A stretch of DNA of 61,339 bases, counting the filler. It is 8 parts of 8 records of this genome, joined end to end, with 100 filler letters (N's around TTAATTAATTAA, not from the genome) between each part and the next. Parts side by side here need not be neighbours in the genome. Positions count along the whole stretch, not along the records: positions 1 to 9,799 come from SRR7504441_2473; positions 9,900 to 20,512 come from SRR7504441_2489; 6 more parts are not named here. One strand, given 5' to 3'. Below the pieces are notes generated by a model. That model was not told the origin of the DNA. It saw only the letters and a program-made list of their open reading frames with translations, and searched no databases. The translations under genes and the position numbers were made by a program. Shown here piece by piece: positions 1-12,800 of the stretch; position 1 is the stretch's first letter, and every line of letters starts with the position of its first letter.

Positions 1-143
1 CACCACCGTGTACCCCGGAGAGGCCCGCATAGCCCCGATCGTAGTGCCCGCCGGGATCCCGGCCGGCGCGCTGTTGTCCTCGCCTGAGTCGCACACCTGC
101 TCCCCCGTCGGCCGCAACACCGAGCCTGGCCACGAACCCCCAT
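1..143 (-). CDS. 5' end of a gene running off the window; predicted N-terminus MGVCDSGEDNS (putative N-myristoylated protein)
   Basis: ATG at 143. Removing a 41-nt GT-AG intron (97-137) gives an open frame MGVCDSGEDNSAPAGIPAGTTIGAMRASPGYTVV to the window edge. Confidence 0.4.
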   Translation of the reverse strand, partial: MGVRGQARCCGRRGSRCATQARTTARRPGSRRALRSGLCGPLRGTRW

Positions 144-385
144 GGTTTGCGTAATATTACGCACGAGATTGACAGGTGAGGGGCTGCCGTTGAGCTTGTC
201 AACGGCTGCTGCCATGAGCAGACTTTGAAAGAGGCGGGTCAGATCCACTGATTGTGGTACTTGTGGCTGACGTGGCCCCAGCATTGTGGGCTGACCTCAG
301 CATTGTGGGGCGGACCCTAGCTCTGAGCCAGCCACCACGCTGAATGCTCCCGGCCGGAGCCACGTCGAACCGGCGGACCACCCGC

Positions 386-1222
386 ATGGCCGCCTCGTCG
401 GACTTCCCCTACTCGCTGCAGCGGTGGTTGGAGGAGTCGGGCGGCGCCTCGCCGGAGGAGACGGAGGGCTCCCACCCGGTCGAGTTTGCCACCCTGGACG
501 CGTCTGTCTGCGTCGAGATGGTCCGGGGCTTCGGCGCGCTCCCGCCCGAGCTTCAGGCCGAGCTTCTCCGGCTGGCCCACACGGTGAGCTCGCACAAGGG
601 AGCTGCTTCGCCGACACTCACCTCCGCAGCTGTGAGCGACCGGTATCGGCCCGACCTGGTCGATCAGCCCGGCTGCGCCGCGGAGGACGTCGACAGCGCT
701 GTCGACTGTTCGTCGTCTGAAGGCTCCCAGTTTGCGCTGCCACCGGCTTCGCCGCGCCGGAGGCCGGGATCTCCCGACGAGTGCCCCTCGGAGAGGAGCA
801 CCACCAGCTGGAGCTCTGCCGGATCCAAGCGGGCCGTGCCGCACACTCCGACCGGGCACCGCCAGCGGAGCGCCGGGCGGCTCGAGCGGACAGGGGAGGT
901 CGCTTTCTACGACGGATACGCGCTGGCACCCTCGGCTTGTCGGGACGGGGGCGTAGCTGTGATCGTGGCCGGGATCACTCCCGAGGACGGGCAAGAGCGG
1001 CATTACGAGCTAGTGACCGGCTCGATTCAAGTGGACGGGCCCGGGCTGGTGCCGTTTGCACCGTCAGTCGGGCGGCCGTTGCCTGCAATTGCGGAGGAGC
1101 GGGAGTTGTCTGTGGAGGGCGGGCTCTGCCTGTGGGCCCAGCGGATGGAAGACTGCCCGGGCAACCGGGAGCTGATCGAGCTGCACAACCAGACCTCGCG
1201 GGTGAGCACTGTCTGGAGCTAG
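386..1222 (+). CDS. hypothetical protein
   Basis: Open frame from ATG 386 to TAG 1222, followed by an AT-rich spacer. No family recognised. Confidence 0.45.
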   Translation: MAASSDFPYSLQRWLEESGGASPEETEGSHPVEFATLDASVCVEMVRGFGALPPELQAELLRLAHTVSSHKGAASPTLTSAAVSDRYRPDLVDQPGCAAEDVDSAVDCSSSEGSQFALPPASPRRRPGSPDECPSERSTTSWSSAGSKRAVPHTPTGHRQRSAGRLERTGEVAFYDGYALAPSACRDGGVAVIVAGITPEDGQERHYELVTGSIQVDGPGLVPFAPSVGRPLPAIAEERELSVEGGLCLWAQRMEDCPGNRELIELHNQTSRVSTVWS

Positions 1223-1445
1223 CGCGAGTAATGTATGATAATTATAATGTAGAGAGATCGATTGTAGATTACTGGAACTCGTATAAACATTGAGGTGTAT
1301 GTAGTCACGCTGACGACGGGCGCCCATCTATCTGGCGGGGGGGTGCACAATATATATATGCATCTTGCAATTTACATCTACATGTAGTCCCACCTGTAGT
1401 CTACACAGTGCAGTACCGGCGATCAGCGTGGCAACGGCATTGACA

Positions 1446-3821
1446 ATGGAGACGGCCGGCTCCCCGCCCGAAGGTTTCGAGACCATCAGCGAGGGCTCGG
1501 CCTCCGTGCTGTACCGGCCGGGCGAGAGCTTCTACAACCCGGTCCAGGTGCCCCGCCGGCCGCTGCCCCGGCCCAGCCCCGGCCAGGTGGTCAATCGGGA
1601 CCTTTCGGTGCTCATGCTCAGGCTGTACGACCAGCTCCGGCAGCAGGCTGTGGCCGCCATGCCGCCCGGCGCCCGGCGGTGCCTCCCGCGCCTCGATGCA
1701 CCCGTGACCGGCAGGGCAGTCGGCACATCCGTGAGCGGAACGGGGGCGGTGAGGCGGACGACACGGCGCTGGGAGGGATGCGCGTGCTCGAGGCGCCACA
1801 CAGCTGGGCTGGCGGCCGACCGAGCGGGCCAGGCGCTGTCGGCCACTGGTTTGCGGTCAATGCGATACGCCAAGGAGGTGCCCGGGGTCCGGTCGGTTCT
1901 GGCTAATGATCTGGACGCCTCGGCGGTGGCCACGATCGAACGCAACGTCCAGTTCTGCGGCTGCCAGGCTGGTCGGCCTGGCCGGGCCGGGCGGAGCGGT
2001 AGGCAGGACAAGGTGCAGCCTAACCACGGGGACGCGCTGCTCGTGATGATGCAGCACGCCTCCAAGCCCGAGACTCGCTTCGACGTTATCGGTCGGCGTC
2101 GCATCGGCCGGTGGTGTTGAGCTGTTCCCGCAGATCTAGACCCTTACGGCTCGGCCGCGCCCTTCCTCGATAGCGGTAGCGCCGGTCGTTGGGCCGCCGC
2201 CGAGCCCTGCCAGCTGTCCAGGCGGTGGCGGACGGAGGGCTGCTGTGTGTCACTTGCACTGACCTAGCCGTGCTGTGTGGCAACTCTCCTGAGGTGCGCC
2301 CGCCCGCCCAGCTGGCATGAGCGCTGCAAGGTGTGCTACTCTCGGTATGGCGCCAACAACCTGAAGAAGGGGGCGCGGCACGAGGCTGCTGTCAGGATCG
2401 TGCTGCAGGCAGTCCAAACGGCAGCGGCCAGGCGAGAGCTCGGGTGTCAGTCCGGCTCACGCAGGCCGCAGGTACGGTAAGGCGATTAGGCCGCTGCTCT
2501 GCGCTCAGATCGATTTCTACCTGCGCTGTTTCATCACGGTGCATGACTCCAAACTTCTCTGCAAGGACGCTGCATCCAATGTTGCCACCTATTACTGCTG
2601 TGAGGCAAGGACTTGTGCCTTCGCTCTGTCTGACTCGGTCGCAGATCTGCGAATCATACCAGCTCCAGCCGCTCGGGACTCGGCCAGCCGGGCAGGAGCC
2701 CAACCAGAAGCATGGGGTCTCGGCCCTCCAGGTGCCCAGCAGCCAGGTGGGAGCTGACTGGTGGCAAGCTGGTCGGGCCGCGCTGCCCGGAGTGCTCCGG
2801 CTCGCTGCTGGTGGGTGGACCGCTCTGGATCCGGCCGCTGAGCGAGCCGAGCGTCCTTGAAAGCGCCCTGGCCGCCCTTAACAAGGGAAGCCAGAGCGAG
2901 GTAGCAGCTCGGCCAGCTGCTTGCTCAGAGCCTGCAGGGACTCGCCAGGGGGCTGACCGCGATAGAGCGGCTACAGGCTATCACACGCGGACTGCAGGCG
3001 GGTTGTGGCTGGGGGGCGGATGCCGGAGGGCTGTGGTCAGGGCGAGCTGGCGGTGGAAGGGCTGCGGGGGGTGCTGCATATGAACCTGACAAGCATGACT
3101 CAAACGCTCAACCTGCCTTCCGTCTCCCTAGCGGTGCCGCCCGACCTCGCGGGTGGCATCTGGCTGTCAGGTGGTGTTCTCTGCGCTAGAGGCCGCCGGC
3201 TATGCTGTAAGCCAGAGCCACACCGACCCGTGCGCGATCAAGACATCTGCCACAGGCGCGCTGCGCTGGCCCAGGGATTGGCTGACGGTTGGTGGCGTCA
3301 GTGAGCCAGCTGTGGGATTTGCTGCGGTGTTGGGCTGTGCGGAATAACATCGAGCCACAAGCCGAGCCAGGCACAAGCAATAGCGAGGGAACGTCTGACG
3401 GCCATTCAGGTAAGAAGAAGAAGAAGAAACGAGACAAGCTCAACGCACAGAATCAGCTCAGGGCTGCTCAACTGGAGAAGATCCGGGGTGCGTGCCCGGC
3501 CGCCTGGAGGGGCGAGCATAAGGCCAGCCGCCGGGGTGGAGGACGTCTCATTTTGGAACTTTGAGAGCAAAACCAACCACTTGTGCGGCCGCGAGAGTCG
3601 GAAGGTACTCTCGCACGGCTGGCAGAGGCTGATGGCGCGACAGGTGTCGGGTGCAAAGTTTCCTCCCAACCCGACCAAGAATTGGGGACCCAAGCGGGCT
3701 GCTAGCGGGAAGAGGTGCGCTGGAATCAACCGCTGGTCATTGAGTTGTGTACAGGTTTGAGAAAGAAACAGCCAAGAAAGCCAAGTCAAACCAACAAGAT
3801 GCATCCGATGTCGCCGATTGA
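1446..3821 (+). CDS. TRM1: tRNA (guanine26-N2)-dimethyltransferase Trm1, about 17 tiny introns
   Basis: Spliced translation gives the Trm1 motifs [105 protein letters not shown] and NPTKNWGPK. Confidence 0.95.
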
Positions 3822-3981
3822 GGATATGCGACCAACACATTCTACATGAAGGCTTGATTAATACTTGTGTGTGTACAAGTAATCTACAAGTAATCTGACG
3901 AGTATATGTACAACCGCGTTGATCGTGAATTTTTGATTGCAATCACGTCATACGTATACCTTTCATGTGATAGTAATCGAT

Positions 3982-5531
3982 CTATGATTGATCTACATAC
4001 GAGTATACCGGACTAACTGGGCCTCTAACTGGACTATCGGGATCGCTACTCTCTACGTCACTGCCAACATCTCCGACATCTGCATCTGTTGGCCCATGCG
4101 AGTGCAACCCGTAGTATAGAAACAGGCTATTGGGTGACCTCGGCGACCTCGGCGATGTAGAAGCACTGTGAAAAGCTGGTTGCGAATGAGAGCGAGGGCT
4201 GCACCCACGGTCGGGGGAGGATAATGGTGTGAAGCGCATCCTTTGATTTGGAGAGCAAACTGGGGTAAACGTTGGGGTTGCAGGACTCCGCGGGCTAAGC
4301 ACTGGAGACAACGGTTTGGCACTAGGGCTGAAAGCCCATTTGGTGCCCGGTCTTGCTATGGTGAGACGATCTAGTCTCACACCCTGAGATGGCGAGCCCT
4401 TTGACGTGTTGATAATTCGTGAACTGACCTGGACAAACCCGGTCCATCAATATCTAGGCCTTAGCAGGACACACCTTTGGCGGGTGGCGCGAAGATGCAG
4501 GAACATTCAGTGATGCAGCGGCAGCGTGGGATCTCCATCGAATTACTGGCACGCGTAGTTCCATCCCGAGCCTGCAACACTGCTATCGCTTGCTGATCTT
4601 TCTCCCTATATTCTGCACAGACTCGCAACTGCCCTTGTGCTTCCTCAAGAGCGGTCTTGCTCCTTTCAGATTCTGCTAACAGCGCAGTCTTGGTCCTCTC
4701 GGATTCTTCTAGCGCAGTGTCTCTCTCATCTGTCAGCTTCTCTCTCGTCACTCTCTCGCGATTGAGAGCAGCATCTCTCTCGTCAGTCAGCTTTGTAGTT
4801 TCAACCCGCCGCCATTCGGCCTCGTGATCTCTAGCTCCTTGCGCAGCTTGCAGCTCCCCCACCAGTCTAGTGACCTCGACCTCGCCCTGAGCTTTGCTCT
4901 CTGCTAGCAGTAAGATCTCTTTTGCTGCCTCGTCCAAACGTGTCAGCAAGCCCTGCTTCTCCGCTGTCACCGCAGAAATGGACGCCGCGGCCTGTTCCAA
5001 TTCTTCTCTCAGCGCAGTGATCTCGGCATGACGTGGGCCACACTTGACGCATCCCGACTGCACCATGTTCCTCACCCACCGCTGCACCCTCTGTTTGACC
5101 ACGCCCATCCCCAGCCGGCGCTCGATCTGCATCAGCATCACCTGCGACCCATGAGCGGCCGGCTCCCCGACAGTGCACCGCAGTGGCGCGCCGGATCAGC
5201 TGCCTGCTGGCCTCGGCTTTGGTGATCAGCTGCACCTTTTGGGCTTCGTGCATCATGCAGTCGACGCACATCGCGCCCGGCGGCGGCCGCGACTCCCGTG
5301 TGCTGCCGAACGCCGACACCAGCTCGGCCCGAGACACAGTGCCGTCTGCCGAGCGGTCAGGCATCGGGCACTGCCGGCGGGGGGACCGCCGTCGGCGTCT
5401 ATCATATTAAACATCTCATCGGGGCCCATCCGGCCAGCGTACCCCTGACCGAGCGCCACCTGCTCGGCCAGCTCCTCCACCTCCAGCGCCAGCTGCTGAC
5501 GCCGCCGCTCCACCCGCCTGCCGGGGGGCAT
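3982..5531 (-). CDS. EF-hand and coiled-coil protein with Ser/Pro-rich tail (multi-exon)
   Basis: Spliced EF-hand DEMFNMIDADGDGTVSRAELVSAF across a 41-nt GT-AG intron. Heptad-rich ORF 4461-5141 and SP-rich ORF 3982-4380. Confidence 0.6.
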
Positions 5532-5758
5532 CCTGGCAACACGCCGTTGCCGAATGATTTTTCGTTTATCATAATAATCGTCTCTCTTTCATTTCCTTAC
5601 GACGCATGCCCTCGCCAAGCCCTCGCCCGACGAGGTGACGAGGCAAGGATATCAATTATTAAGGCGTGCGTAGATACATGTAAGGTAGGGATGAACACAA
5701 TCATGATGAATAGCTTTATTTTATTCAGGTTATCGCATTGCGACTTAGGCTCCCCAAA

Positions 5759-8700
5759 TCAAGCAAAATAATGCGGTGAAACCAGTAGATCTTGCACGCA
5801 ATCTAGCTCTCCTGGTTCAAACATTTCCTTTGTGCAAGCCCAATTGTCCTTTTGGGTCCTCCAAAACTCGTTGAATGCATTACGCACTGACGCGCTGATC
5901 GGCATTGGGTCGTTCACGTGCCGTGAAATAACCGCCAGCACTCCAGGGCCCCACTCAGCCAGCCGGTACGGATGCAACTGGATCAAAGCCACCAGCCCAA
6001 GCACCCCAGCATGCCGCAGCCCGGGTGCTTTCTCGACCGATTTGCTGCTCTGCTTCATGAATTTGTTCTGCATCGCAAGCAGTTCCTCCTTGTCGTCCAC
6101 TAAGCAACGAAGCAGCCCTGAAAGAGTGGTGGCAGCCTTGCGCTTGTTTTCGAGGGTGTTGTCCTGGAGCTTCTTGGTGGCCAGCTGCAGTAGCACTCCC
6201 TTCTGTTCTGTAGATAGGAGGAAGGTGTTACAGAACCCTAGACCCTGAAGTGCTGTGAGCGCCACATCACGCACTTTCCAGCTCTGGTGGCCCAGTCCGG
6301 TCTCGATTGCGCTTACCACCCGTGACACATGAGCTAGACTGTAGTGCGGAACCCACATCACACTCTTGACTGCGAGCTACACGCACCAGAGCTCAGTCAA
6401 GACCACAGCAGCCAGCCAGTCACCAAGGCCTCCGCCACGAGCTCCTTGTCGTGAGCCGCAGCGATCGCGATCATTGTAGGCAGAGTGTCCACCGCCAGCT
6501 GGAGCGCTGCATGAGCAGAAGTGGGTGCAGCCATCCCATGCAGTACTGCGAGTAGCAACGACTCGGCAGCATCCTGACAACTCTTGTTTTCAGGACTGTT
6601 CTGTGACAAATCGCCTGCAGTCGCCGTCAGAGACTAGTGATAGCTCGCAAGCCAGGGGGCACACCGCTGCTGATCTGTTCAAGCAGAGATGCAGCGCAGG
6701 CATGTCTCTCGGTTGCCAGCCGGTCTGTGGTGTGACAGATCTCTAATGCCATCATCAGAAGCCGAGCAGCAGCCTCACGCATCTGCTTGTACTGGTGCGC
6801 AATCACAGAGGGTTCGCACACCGCATGCAGCACCTGGCAAGAAGTCTTAGAGCATGTCAGGCTGCTGTCAAACCGATCGTATTGTTGCGATTCCACGCTG
6901 CCCACAATCGATCAACAGCGGCTGAAGAAGCCTGAAGCTCTTGGTCTTCACCCTCGTGGCTTCCTCTGCACTGCAGCTCAAGTCGTTGACGAGCTCAGTT
7001 GCAAGCCAACCCAGCCTTCGCGGGTCTTGGCCATATGACATGTAGGACACCGTCACCAGCCACCTGCAGTGTGCTCAACCAGGGCTGGTCAGACTGCTCT
7101 CACTCATTCATTGTGTCGATGGTTGGAGCAGCAGCGAGTGCTTTCCGCAGCAAAGGCAGCACAGCGGGAGCTAAGCTCTCTTGGGAGTCCCAGTGCCTCG
7201 ATCCGCGGACCAGCCCTGTAGATTGCTCAGCCTCTGTGCCAGGCAGCACACTTGCCTCCCATCAACTCAGCAGCTGCACACTGCTGTTGCCGCGTGGCTG
7301 TTGGCCCGACAAACTTCTCAATCCATGGAAGTAGCGTCTGGAGTGAACTAGGGCCCATCACTGCAACGATCCGCTTGACCAGTTGCATCGTGATCCCCCG
7401 TCCAGCCTCCGTCATCCCATCTTCAAGGCCGTTGCTACGAGACTGGGCATCACAGCGCTGCACTGCACACCGGTTGAAAGAAATATGGCCCTGCACGAGT
7501 GGCTCACGAGGTGGCCATAGCACTATGCTACCTCTGTGTCATCTGTCGCCTCGCTGCTTGTCTCTGCATGATCCAGCACCACCTGCCGACGCTCCACACA
7601 GGTCCCAAGCAGCCAGCCACCTTATCCAGCCACCGGCTAAGCCACTCTCCGGATGCCGCCTCGACTACAACAAGTCGCACCGCCTCCAGCCCCGCACTGG
7701 TGCTCCGTTGACGAGCAGCAACCCTGTAGGATCTGTCGTGGAATTCGCCGCCTTGTGCACTAAACGTCTGCTCCAGCTCGGTGTCGCTGAGCTCTGAGAA
7801 CCTTGCAACACCCTCCAGCGGCTTGGACGCGCCGGATTTGGTCTCACGAAGCAAGGAGGCTAGCATAAATGAGAGTGCCTGGACGCTGAAGTGGCGCAGT
7901 CCCAGGATCTCTGAATGAGTCAGCTCGGTGAAAGCTCTGCACACTTTGGCCAAAACTTCTGGGGTCAGATCACCTCGCACCTATTAAGCATCAGTCAGCT
8001 AATCCGACTCAGATAGCACAGACCAGAAAGAGCAGAGCAGCGAGCCTCATTAGACGATATCTCCAGTGCCAATCGCCCACTGTGCCACTGAGGAGCTGCT
8101 CAATTGTGCAGCAGCACAGCTCGCGGTCCCGCTCAGCCCACTTGCTGTAAGATTGCTGGGCTCTTGTAATCACTTCAGGGCCGACTGCTAGAGTGGGATG
8201 CACACTCCCTGACAAATACACATGATGCGTCAGAGCCGCGACAGCGCCCAGCATTTCACCGTATGGCAGACTCTCGGCTGCACAAGCTGCGCCATCTGCC
8301 AGTCGCAGCTGAGTCGACAGGCGCAAAGCCAGGTCACCTATCCTGGGCCGGCCAGCCAGCCCATGGAAAGTCTCGACAAGGGTCGCAACTCTGATATGGA
8401 GCTTAAAGCCCTCAGTCGACTTGGACTCGATCCGTTGCTCGCAGCCTGCCGACCTGTCATGTCCTTGGCAGCAGATATTCGATACCGGCTGTGGCAAGCA
8501 GGAACCGTGACAACCAGTCCCACCGTTGCGAGATCTTGCGGATCACTTGGGTGCTCTCCAAGGTATAAACCACACCCGTGACCATCGACAGCTCTGGCTC
8601 GTTGCTCTCGAGCTGCAGGAGCACTCAGCACAACAAAGGCCCATAGTATACCTTGTCGAGCAACACAGGGACGTGCCGGCGCAGGCACTGTGACCGACGC

Positions 8701-9799
8701 TGGTAGTTGCTATGCAGGACAGCTTGTGCAGCCGCTCGGGCCTGTGAGCATCCTGTCAGTCATGTGAGCACGGTACTAACTGCCTGCGAGTAGTTGCAGC
8801 AGGCGGCCCTTAGCAGATCGTCAGCCAATGTCACGTGCCAGTCACTGGGCTCTTGCTGCTTATATAACACCTCTCGGGTGAAATCCGAATTCAACGCCTC
8901 CAGCCGCAGACCTGTTCGAAGCAGACTAAGAGGGCTGGTGCTATTCAGCAGTCACATTTGAGAAATCTTGGATAGTGCGCTGAGTTTTGGCCAGCAGACT
9001 TGACAAATACGCGCAGGCTTGAATAGTACTGGTTGGCCTGGTTTCTGAATCTAACAGAATTCCAGCGCTCGATGAGCAGCTTCTCGATTACTTGAATGCC
9101 TTTCTTCATGTTCCTCACGTCCTCCTGCTTGCTGCACAGATGATACTCCATCTGCCACAGATATACTTAATGTAGGCTGGTTACTTTTGCTTACCGCTTG
9201 GTGCACCGCAGCTGCAATGTTACTGACCGCAGTGTCTGCTCTCGAGGACAAATCTGGATCTAGCACAGTTGCACACTGAGTGATCTGACCACCGTGCATC
9301 TTGGCAAGTCCCGTACAATCTTCATCTGGGTGCTCTGGCTGGCGCTGGGGCTGACTGCCTAGCCATTTACTCCCCTGGGCTACACTCCGGAGCATCCGCA
9401 GCGCACGCTCTAAGCTCATTGATACTGCAGCACCGTTGCCCTCCAGTGCAGCACCTATCAGCTGCTGGCCCCTCGCAGAGAATCGCTCGAGCAACCCAAC
9501 TGCCATCTCGTACTCCTCTTTGCACGGTGTGTGCCACGATGCCTGCATCTCCCCCCAGCTGCAGGGCTCAAACCACGCAGCCACGGTCTCGGCAGAGACA
9601 TATTCCTGCTGCTCCACTAGTGCAGCCCACTTGTCGGGTGGCAGGGAGCGCATGTCGTCGACATACGTGTGGGTCAGAGACTCCATGGTACTCGAAAGCA
9701 TCAGATTGGCCGCCTGCTCCGCTGTTACCCCCCGCCGGAAGCAGCCATGCTCACCTTAGCTACCTTCTTCTCCGAGTGTTCAATTGTTTCGCTTATGAT
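5759..9799 (-). CDS. PSME4: proteasome activator PA200/Blm10, 5'-truncated by contig end, multi-exon
   Basis: C-terminal domain RHAGVLGLVALIQLHPY...EFWRTQKDNW...DLLVSPHYFA ending in an HbYX motif. HEAT-like exons lie upstream, e.g. WHTPCKEE and QQCAAAELMGG. Confidence 0.88.
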
Positions 9800-9899
9800 N
9801 NNNNNNNNNNNNNNNNNNNNNNNNNNNNNNNNNNNNNNNNNNNTTAATTAATTAANNNNNNNNNNNNNNNNNNNNNNNNNNNNNNNNNNNNNNNNNNNN
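9800..9899. other. artificial contig linker
   Basis: N-run + TTAATTAATTAA (stops in all six frames) + N-run, 100 nt. Confidence 0.98.
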
Positions 9900-12800
9900 C
9901 GGAGGATATGGTGATCGAGACGATCCGCGAGCTGATCAGCAGCGAGTCGGACCTGGACGTAGACGCGTTCAACAAAGACGGGCACTCGGCTGCAATGCTC
10001 GCAGTCCGGCGGAGATGGCTCGAGGTGCTCAAAATGCTCGTGCGGCGGGGCGTCGACCTGACCACTTCGCACGGCGCGGCCAAGGAGACCACCACCGTCA
10101 CTCGCCGCCGCCAGTACATGATGGTCTCGAAGTCTGGTGAGCAGCAGCCTGTGCACCGTGAGGAGAAACTAACCCAGACACTCACAGAGGGCTCCGAGTT
10201 CGGTGCGCGCGCCGGGCGGGCGGGCTGAGCCGGGGCAGGTGCCTCGCTGCTGCACATGGCGGTGGACAACGCGACTTGGGACGCGAAGCAGCTTGAGCTT
10301 GCGCTCGTGCTGCTCGAAGCAAATGTGGACCCGAACCTCCGCGACAACAACGGCGACACAGCGCTGCACATCGCCACGCGCAGGAAGCGGGCCGATGCCG
10401 TCCGGATGCTGCTCCGGCGCGGGGCTGACCCGAGCGTGCTGGACGGACAGGGCCTGTCGGCAGTGCACATGTGCTTGGACTCGGCCGATGCAACCATGAC
10501 CGAAACTCTCACCGTGTTGATCGCCGGCGGTGCTGATCTCGGGCAGTCGACCAAGGACGGGCGCACCGCGCTCCAGCTGGCCTGCTCGCACTTTGGAACC
10601 GACATGTCGATGCTCGCTGTGATGCTTGGGCAGGACGAAACCAAAATCGACCCGAATGCACTCACAGCGAGCGGTCAAGCACCGCTGCACATCGCAGCCG
10701 GGTGCGGGAATGTGGAGGCCGTGCGAGAGCTGGTCAAGTGCGGCGCCGACGTGAACAGGCGCGACAAGGACCGGTGCACGGCCGTGATGATGGCTGCGTT
10801 TCACGGGCACATCGAGGCGGCTGTCCTGCTGCTCTCGTTGGGTGCCTCAGCCAAGATGCTCGACTCCCACCATCAGACAGTGCTGCACTACGCGGTGATC
10901 TCAGCCGGGGGCTCCAAGCTGCTGATCCAGCAGCTGCTTGACGCCGGCGCCGACCCAACGCAGCAAGACGACAATCAGAGCACTGCACTCGATAGGATCA
11001 TCGGGCAGCTGTCAGACCCGGCGCTGGCTCGGCCTCATTCGGAGCGGCTAGACCAGCTGCTCGGGATGGTCCAGTCGCTGCGCCAGAGCGGGGCCGAAGT
11101 CAACCTGCTGCATGAAGTGGTGCTGCGCACACGAGGCTCTTCGGCCGGGCAGAAGATGATCGGTTGTCTGCTCGCACAGGGCGCAGATATCCACCTTAGC
11201 AGGCAGGTGAATGGGTTCGGGACACTGGCAGTGACCGCGCTCGCGATGGAGATGATCAAGCGGTCCCAGATGACAGTGTTCGACGGCGGTGCTCTCGTCC
11301 AGTTTCTGATTGAACACGGCGCCGAGGAGCACCCGACAAGGTTCAGCCAGGCCGACCAGGAAAGGCAGCGCGAGGCGTCCGAGCGCTCACAGCAGTCTGT
11401 GTCGGGCCAGTCTGACGCCAGTGGCGGCTCGAAGGCGGATGCCGTGCGGTCGCGTGACCCCGACGTGTTCGTGGAGCCGCGGCTCCCAGGCAAGATCGGG
11501 GTTGCTGGCTCGGATGCGCTCGGAGTGTTTGATGCGCAGTCAGCGCGCGACTTCCTGCTGCACGGCACCCCGGACCGGATGCAGCGTCATTTTGATGAGT
11601 TTATGAATCAGAAGGACGCGGAGGTGCCAGCAGCGCACTCGCAGACAGGCGAGGGAGTGGACTTGGTGAACAGAGTGATCGACGAGGGCATCATGACAGA
11701 CACCCAAGTGATTGAGCTGATCACGCGCGAGGGCGTGGATATCACCAGGCGAGGCGCCACCGGGCAGCACCCGATGTTCTACGCTGCAGTGCATGGCCGA
11801 GTCGATCTGATGAAGGCGCTCGTCCGATTCGGTTTCGACTTGGACGAAGTGGACAGCGAAGGCACTCTGCTGCACAAGGCGGCCGCGGCGGGCAAGCCCA
11901 AGATGGCTCAGGCGCTGGTTCAGCTGTGCGCTGACACCACGCTCACTACGAGGAATGGACGGACTGCGCTCATGCTCGCTGCCACGGAGAAGACAGAGTC
12001 TGTAACTGCAGTGCTCGCTCAGGTTTCGACTCTGGATGCGGCTGACAGCACCGGGCGGACCGCTCTGCACTTTGCTGTGCAGCACAACAGGGCTCAGTCA
12101 GTCAAGGCGCTGCTTCGGGCAGGGGCCAACCCGAATGTGGTTGACTTGCACGGCTGCACTCCACTCATGTTAGCGGCCTACCATGGGCGCGCCGAGTGCG
12201 CCGAGCTGCTCTGCCGCTACCGGGCTGCAGCGAATGATCAGGACGACACTGGCCGGACCGCACTGCATTGGGCTGTTGCTTACAAGTGGTCGGATGTGGC
12301 GTTAGTCCAAGTGTTGCTCAGATTTGGTGCCTCCGTGTCGGTGGAGGACGACGACGGGCACACGCCGCTGCAGGTGTGCGTGCAGCAGCTAGGCGACCGG
12401 GAGCTGGCTGCAAGCATCCGGGCCGATGACGAGCGGGCTGTGCTGATCTCGGAGATTGTGCGTGTGCTGGTGAATGCTGGTGCGCAGGCTGACATGTGCT
12501 CCTCAGTGCTGCAAGTGACAGGCTCGAGCGATGTGGCGATGGAGCTGATCGCAGCGCTGTCTGACCTGGGTGCCGACATCAACTCGGCTGGGTCGACGCA
12601 CATGACCTCTGTGCAGACAGTTGTGAACGACTACATGACCGGTGCGATCGCGCGAACGGACGCTGAGAAGTTTTTGGTCTCGCTTGTAATGGCTGGTGCG
12701 TCCGTCTCAATTGGAGACCACAAGACAGGCGACACGCCGCTGCATCAGATCATCAGGTGCGAGGCGCTACAGCTGGATGAGAGAATGCTCTTCTGCAAGT

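Noticed and set aside
9800-9899. TTAATTAATTAA flanked by Ns, seven times, as a biological repeat or CRISPR-like array
   Set aside because: It is an identical 100-nt all-frame-stop spacer used to concatenate contigs.
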